DNA of 12,469 nt, from IMG/VR virus record IMGVR_UViG_2663763280_000001. One strand, 5' to 3'. The notes beneath the pieces were generated by a model. It had not been told where the DNA came from. It saw only the letters and a list, made by a program, of their open reading frames with translations, and made no database searches. Source of the DNA: a virus (taxonomy: Duplodnaviria; Heunggongvirae; Uroviricota; Caudoviricetes). A program made the translations under genes and the position numbers. Positions 8,472 to 12,469 of this stretch are shown here, one piece after another; the first letter of the stretch is position 1; every line of letters begins with the position of its first letter.

Positions 8472-8825
8472 TCAGCGGCGACGGTTAACGGCAGGCGGTA
8501 CGCCCCGCCCAAGCCAGAGATGACAGCTTCCGCCATCATCTGGCGAAATCCGGTCTATCCAGAAGTTTTCCTCACCGATGGTCAGCGTGTCGCCGCGCCG
8601 CAGCTGCCGCACATCATCAGTCCGGACAAACAGGGACGGGCTGGAGCCTTCAACGCGCACGCCCTGTCCGGCATAGCTGATATTTTCAGGGTCATCAAAA
8701 ACACCACGTATCACAGCACCGGACTGCTCACCGGATGTCATGGTGGCTGACGTTCCCATGTACCCGCGTATCGTTTCATCGGCGCGGGCAATGGCAGCAT
8801 CGAACAGGTTATCGAAATCAGCCAC
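8472..8825 (-). CDS. FII: Head-tail joining protein FII (117 aa)
   Basis: Start codon here is GTG (8825..8823) with GGGAGG 5 nt upstream; product MADFDNLFDAAIARADETIRGY... as lambda FII. Confidence 0.9.
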   Translation of the reverse strand: MADFDNLFDAAIARADETIRGYMGTSATMTSGEQSGAVIRGVFDDPENISYAGQGVRVEGSSPSLFVRTDDVRQLRRGDTLTIGEENFWIDRISPDDGGSCHLWLGRGVPPAVNRRR

Positions 8826-8836
8826 AGCGCCTCCCG

Positions 8837-9232
8837 TTATTGCATTCTGGCCAGGCCGCGCTCTGTCATTTCAGCTGCCACACCGGCAGAGACACGGAAC
8901 GCCGTTCCCGGCAGCACAAATGCCACAGGCTCATCCCGCGTGGCGTGAAGTGCATCAGTATGCAGCGTCACCAGTGCCACGACCGTGACCAGAGCAGCCG
9001 TATCAATCACGGTATCCGGCTGCGCTGATACCACCTCATTTTCATGTCCGGTCAGCGCATTTTCCGGGCTGACAGATGTGTCCTGACCGGCAGCGTCATC
9101 CGTGTCATCAAGCTCCTCTTCCAGCTCTGCCACACGGAGCACCAGTTCTTCTTTCGTCCCCGTCAGGCTGACATCACGGTTCAGTTGCTCACCCAGCACC
9201 TGAAGACGGGCAATCAGTTCATCTTTCGTCAT
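8837..9232 (-). CDS. FI: DNA-packaging / head completion protein FI (131 aa here)
   Basis: ATG at 9232..9230 preceded by GGAGGAG; product MTKDELIARL... ending ...EMTERGLARMQ. Confidence 0.9.
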   Translation of the reverse strand: MTKDELIARLQVLGEQLNRDVSLTGTKEELVLRVAELEEELDDTDDAAGQDTSVSPENALTGHENEVVSAQPDTVIDTAALVTVVALVTLHTDALHATRDEPVAFVLPGTAFRVSAGVAAEMTERGLARMQ

Positions 9233-9253
9233 GGACTCCTCCACAGAGAGAAA

Positions 9254-9271
9254 ATGGCCCCGAAGGGCCAT
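9254..9271 (-). terminator. Terminator-like hairpin between E and FI: 7-bp stem ATGGCCC/GGGCCAT with UUCG tetraloop, followed by UUUCUCUCU
   Basis: Minus strand reads TAA-TC-ATGGCCC-TTCG-GGGCCAT-TTTCTCTCTG-TGGAGGAG-TCC-ATG; seen directly in the 41-nt spacer. Confidence 0.4.
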
Positions 9272-9273
9272 GA

Positions 9274-10299
9274 TTACGCCAGTTGTACGGACACGAACGC
9301 ATCAGGGTCAGCCAGCAGCATCAGCGGTGCTGACTGAATCATGGTGAACTCACGCGCCGGATCGCCGGTGGTCACCCAGTTTTTCGGGTAGCGGGCAGAG
9401 GCGTTAATACCTTCGCGCTGTGCGTCCGCATCCTGAATGCAGCCATAGGTGCGCAGACCGCGTGCCTGAGTGTTCCCCAGCACCATCGTGTTGTCCGGCA
9501 GGAAGTTCTTTTTGACGTCGTTTTCCACGTACTGTCCGGAATACACGACGATCGCCGTATCGCCATACATCCCCTTATAGGACACCGCTTCGCCCAGGTC
9601 TTTTACCGCTGTCTCCAGCTCGGAATTAGAGCCGCGACGGGTATCCAGCTTCTCCTTGACGGCTTTGAAGGAACGGAACAGCGCCCAGCCTTTCGGATCA
9701 AACACGATGATATTCACCACACCGCTGGCGTTCAGCGCGTAGGCTTCGATATCGTCGGTCGGGTCATACGTGGACTTGTCACGCTTGCTCCACTCCGTAC
9801 CGCCGGACTGTGTGATGTTGTTCGCCGCACTGCGGCCCATATCCACCTCAACCGGATCGAAGGCTTCACCGGTCATGGTGTATTTGCCCTTAAGCACAGC
9901 AGAAACTGCCTGCATCTCTTCGACCTGAGCAATGGCCAGCTCTTCGTCTCGCATGTTCTGCATGATGATGCGACGGCGGCGGTAAGCCGGGTCCGCCAGA
10001 TTCTGCGGATCTTCATCCGGCAGGCGACGCAGGGTCATCTGCGGATTCACCTCATGCTTGGGTTTGACATATCCCGGCGTAAATTCAGAGGTGGAGCCGC
10101 CACGGGAACGGATAACCTCACCGGAAACAATCGGCGAAACGTACAGCGCCATGTTTACCAGTCCCGGAATTTGTGAGAGATAGACTTTCTCCGTGGTGAA
10201 GGGATAGCTCTCACGGAAAAAGAGACGCAGAAACAGCGGATCAAACTTAAATTTCTGCTCATTTGCCGCCAGCAGCTGGGCGGTTGTGTACATCGACAT
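9274..10299 (-). CDS. E: Major capsid protein E (341 aa)
   Basis: ATG at 10299..10297 (MSMYTTAQLLAANEQKFKFDP...), stop TAA at 9276..9274; 341 aa as lambda gpE. Confidence 0.93.
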   Translation of the reverse strand: MSMYTTAQLLAANEQKFKFDPLFLRLFFRESYPFTTEKVYLSQIPGLVNMALYVSPIVSGEVIRSRGGSTSEFTPGYVKPKHEVNPQMTLRRLPDEDPQNLADPAYRRRRIIMQNMRDEELAIAQVEEMQAVSAVLKGKYTMTGEAFDPVEVDMGRSAANNITQSGGTEWSKRDKSTYDPTDDIEAYALNASGVVNIIVFDPKGWALFRSFKAVKEKLDTRRGSNSELETAVKDLGEAVSYKGMYGDTAIVVYSGQYVENDVKKNFLPDNTMVLGNTQARGLRTYGCIQDADAQREGINASARYPKNWVTTGDPAREFTMIQSAPLMLLADPDAFVSVQLA

Positions 10300-10312
10300 A
10301 AAAAAATCCCGT

Positions 10313-10337
10313 AAAAAAAGCCGCACAGGCGGCCTTT
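10313..10337 (-). terminator. Intrinsic-terminator-like element between D and E: GC hairpin (GCCGC-CTGT-GCGGC) followed by T7
   Basis: Minus strand reads ...AAAGGCCGCCTGTGCGGCTTTTTTTACGGGATTTTTTTATATG(E); stem-loop plus U-tract seen directly. Confidence 0.4.
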
Positions 10338-10354
10338 AGTGATGAAGGGTAAGG

Positions 10355-10687
10355 TTAAACGATGCTGATTGCCGTTCCGGCAAACGCGGTCCGTTTTTTC
10401 GTCTCGTCGCTGGCAGCCTCCGGCCAGAGCACATCCTCATAACGGAACGTGCCGGACTTGTAGAACGTCAGCGTGGTGCTGGTCTGGTCAGCATCAACCG
10501 CCAGAATGCCAACGGCAGTACCGTCGGTGGTGCCATCCCACGCAACCAGCTTACGGGTGGAGGTGTCCAGCATCAGCGGGGTCATTGCAGGCGCTTTCGC
10601 ACTCAATCCGCCGGGCGCGGTTGCCGTATGTGCCGGGTCACTGTTGCCCAGCGGCTGGTAATGGGTAAAGGTTTCTTTGCTCGTCAT
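10355..10687 (-). CDS. D: Capsid decoration protein D (110 aa)
   Basis: ATG at 10687..10685 ([27 protein letters not shown]...), stop TAA at 10357..10355. Confidence 0.93.
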   Translation of the reverse strand: MTSKETFTHYQPLGNSDPAHTATAPGGLSAKAPAMTPLMLDTSTRKLVAWDGTTDGTAVGILAVDADQTSTTLTFYKSGTFRYEDVLWPEAASDETKKRTAFAGTAISIV

Positions 10688-10696
10688 AAACATCCC

Positions 10697-11302
10697 TTAC
10701 ACTGGTGTGTTCAGCAAATCGTTAACGGCATCAGATGCCGGGTTACCTGCAGCCAGTGGTGCCGGTGCCCCCTGCATCAGACGATCCAGCGCAGTGTCAC
10801 TGCGCGCCTGTGCACTCTGTGGTGCAGCTGCCAGAATGCGGCGGGCCGTTTCCACGGTCATACCGGGGGTTTCGGCCAGCACACGTGCCTGTTCTTCGCG
10901 TCCGTGAGCTTCCTCACAGTTGAGGATCCCCATAATGCGGCTGTTTTCTGCCGCAACCGCAGCGGTGATCTGCGCGTTCACGTCCGGCTGCGCCGCGCTG
11001 GCGTTTTCGCCCTCCGTCGCTTGCACCACGTCAGTAACGTCAGCCTGCGAAGCAGTGGCTGAAACAGTTGTTGATTGAGTCTCTTTGGTCATTCGCCCTC
11101 CTGAGAGACGGGATTTACGTGCATCCAGTGCATCACGCATAACGGTGATCGCATCGGTGCTGTTGACAAGTTCATCAGCCAGTCCGGCATCAATGGCCTC
11201 CTGACCGCTGTACATTGCAGCCTCGGTATCCAGCACAGCCTGCACGGACAGGCCGGTATATGCCGACACCTTCTGCGCAAACATCCGGCGGGTTGCATCC
11301 AT
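10697..11302 (-). CDS. Nu3: Capsid scaffolding protein Nu3, in-frame internal start within C (C codon 239), co-terminal with C
   Basis: Internal ATG at 11302..11300 (MDATRRMFAQKV...) in the C frame, giving 201 aa; the nested arrangement is known for lambda. Confidence 0.75.
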   Translation of the reverse strand: MDATRRMFAQKVSAYTGLSVQAVLDTEAAMYSGQEAIDAGLADELVNSTDAITVMRDALDARKSRLSGGRMTKETQSTTVSATASQADVTDVVQATEGENASAAQPDVNAQITAAVAAENSRIMGILNCEEAHGREEQARVLAETPGMTVETARRILAAAPQSAQARSDTALDRLMQGAPAPLAAGNPASDAVNDLLNTPV

Positions 11303-12016
11303 CCGGGACTGCAGTGTCTCCCGGACATCACCCGGTAGATGGCTGTAGGGGTTGCCATCCACCTTATGGCTGCCGCTGTAAATCAGCGTGATTTCCACGC
11401 CCTGTTTCTCCAGCGCAGCGCCGTAATTACTGTGAGCCATCATGACGCCGATGGAGCCTGTCCGGGCGGTCTGCGTGACCAGACGCCGGGAGGCGGCGCT
11501 GGCAAGCAGCTGACCTGCACTGCAGTTCATGTCGTTGGCCAGCGCCCATACCGGCTTTATGTCACGCACACGGGCGATGATGTCAGCACAGTCAAATGCT
11601 CCCGCCACCATCCCGCCCGGTGTGTCCATATCGAGCAGAATGCCGTCCACCATCGGATCGCTGGCAGCCTGTTGCAGACGAGCGATAATGCCGTTGTAAC
11701 CGGTCATTCCCGAATACGGCTGCAGCGCCCGCGTCCGGCTGACCAGCGTACCGGACACCGGCAGCACGGCGATGCCGTTCATGACCTGATAACTGCGGGC
11801 CTGTCGTGGTCCGTCATCATCACCGGATAACGCCAGCGCCGCGGGTGCCTCTCCGGCAGTCAGGCTATCGCCGGATACTGCATCCGTCAGGCGACTGATC
11901 CCAAGCTGGCCTGCAAGCGCACAAAAGAAAACCCGCGCATAGGCGGGTTCAAGCATCAGCGGCTCATTAAAAGCCATGCTGGCAATATGCGGGAGATTAC
12001 GCAGCTCTGCTGTCAC
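10697..12016 (-). CDS. C: Capsid assembly protease / minor capsid protein C, S49 (SppA-like) family (439 aa)
   Basis: GTG start at 12016..12014 with GGAGGAG upstream, overlapping the end of B by 20 nt as in lambda; product MTAELRNLPHIASMAFNEPLMLEP... Confidence 0.9.
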   Translation of the reverse strand: MTAELRNLPHIASMAFNEPLMLEPAYARVFFCALAGQLGISRLTDAVSGDSLTAGEAPAALALSGDDDGPRQARSYQVMNGIAVLPVSGTLVSRTRALQPYSGMTGYNGIIARLQQAASDPMVDGILLDMDTPGGMVAGAFDCADIIARVRDIKPVWALANDMNCSAGQLLASAASRRLVTQTARTGSIGVMMAHSNYGAALEKQGVEITLIYSGSHKVDGNPYSHLPGDVRETLQSRMDATRRMFAQKVSAYTGLSVQAVLDTEAAMYSGQEAIDAGLADELVNSTDAITVMRDALDARKSRLSGGRMTKETQSTTVSATASQADVTDVVQATEGENASAAQPDVNAQITAAVAAENSRIMGILNCEEAHGREEQARVLAETPGMTVETARRILAAAPQSAQARSDTALDRLMQGAPAPLAAGNPASDAVNDLLNTPV

Positions 12017-12209
12017 TCTTCTCCTCCTCTGTTGATTGTCGCAGTCCGGATTCAAATGCCGCAGCCGCCCAGGCGGGCGGTTTAAGACCGGCTGCACGGC
12101 GCTCCATCGTTTCACGGACCTGCTGGGCAAAAATTTCCTGATAGTCGTCACCGCGTTTCGCGCACTCTTTCTCGTAGGTGCTCAGTCCGGCTTCTATCAG
12201 CATCACAGC
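11997..12209 (-). pseudogene. B: Portal protein B, C-terminal ~71 codons only; 5' part of the gene replaced by unrelated DNA
   Basis: ...AVMLIEAGLSTYEKECAKRGDDYQEIFAQQVRETMERRAAGLKPPAWAAAAFESGLRQSTEEEKSDSRAA-stop matches the lambda portal C-terminus as I remember it. Upstream the frame loses resemblance and hits an in-frame TGA (12395..12393). Confidence 0.8.
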
Positions 12210-12469
12210 AACAAAGTCACGCTTAAAACACAGGAGCATCTCGATCGCTGCCTCACTTGCCGCAATTGTGAAACCACCTGTCCTTCTGGTGTGCGCTATC
12301 ACAATTTGCTGGATATCGGGCGTGATATTGTCGAGCAGAAAGTGAAACGCCCACTGCCGGAGCGAATGCTGCGCGAAGGATTGCCAGATCTTTCAGGGTC
12401 GCCAGCGCGCCATGTTCTGCCATCTGCCGTTATCTCCTGGGTTATGACACTGTCGGGAAAATACGCTCC
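12210..12469 (+). pseudogene. glcF: Internal fragment of a GlcF-like (glycolate oxidase Fe-S subunit family) gene; no start in view, runs off the window end
   Basis: Plus-strand frame reads NKVTLKTQEHLDRCLTCRNCETTCPSGVRYHNLLDIGRDIVEQKVKRPLPERMLREG..., with a canonical 4Fe-4S C-x2-C-x2-C-x3-C-P motif at 12249..12284. Assignment to glcF is from memory, not a search. Confidence 0.55.

Larger units (their letters stand above)
218..12209 (-). mobile_element. Lambda-type prophage remnant: contiguous head, head-tail joining and tail morphogenesis block, truncated at both ends inside genes
   Basis: Uninterrupted, tightly packed or overlapping minus-strand ORFs whose products, order and spacing follow lambda B-C-Nu3-D-E-FI-FII-Z-U-V-G-T-H-M-L-K-I-J. 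Both ends stop mid-gene. Confidence 0.9.

Noticed and set aside
10697-12151. ORF-track N-terminal extensions: C as 484 aa from 12151, E as 350 aa from 10326, V as 256 aa from 7512, FI as 144 aa from 9271, D from 10693
   Set aside because: Each extension runs into the upstream gene or spacer and lacks an SD. The internal starts used here have clear SD sequences, reproduce the known protein N-termini and lengths, and keep the lambda overlap pattern.
11997-12302. 101-aa minus-strand ORF taken as an intact small gene
   Set aside because: Only its last ~71 codons resemble anything (the portal C-terminus). The upstream part is the antisense of the GlcF-like fragment and the frame ends at a TGA at 12395..12393, so it is a truncated portal gene, not a gene in its own right.
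12253-12423. 56-codon minus-strand ORF with AGGAG 9 nt upstream of its ATG, inside the GlcF-like fragment
   Set aside because: It is antisense to the frame carrying the clean 4Fe-4S motif and has no recognisable domain; most likely a chance ORF, though the SD-like sequence is noted.
1-12469. Search for CRISPR arrays, tRNA or tmRNA genes, IS inverted repeats, att cores, integrase, repressor or operator sites, lysis or terminase genes
   Set aside because: No spaced direct repeats, tRNA-like structures, transposase ORFs or recombinase ORFs are present. The window contains only structural genes plus the two host fragments, so nothing here supports an intact, inducible prophage or a defence island.

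Overview
Almost the whole window (about 218..12209) is a phage-lambda-type virion morphogenesis block, all on the minus strand and in canonical lambda order: portal B (C-terminal ~71 codons only), C with nested Nu3, D, E, FI, FII, Z, U, V, G/T with the -1 frameshift site, H, M, L, K, I, and only the first 232 codons of J. Gene calls rest on my reading of the translated ORFs against remembered lambda proteins and coordinates; no search was run. The block is cut off at both ends inside genes and joined directly to non-phage DNA. At the low end, J codon 232 abuts the promoter and first 34 codons of sodA (Mn superoxide dismutase), same strand and in frame. At the high end, the portal gene abuts an internal fragment of a GlcF-like Fe-S protein gene on the opposite strand. 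No terminase, cos, integrase, att, immunity, lysis, IS, tRNA or CRISPR is present. I do not see a novel defence or biosynthetic system; the two breakpoints and the resulting three-part chimera are the most unusual signal. Secondary observations: the K reading frame extends 48 codons upstream and completes a JAMM/MPN domain, three terminator-like hairpins sit inside the late operon, and there are small length differences from reference lambda.
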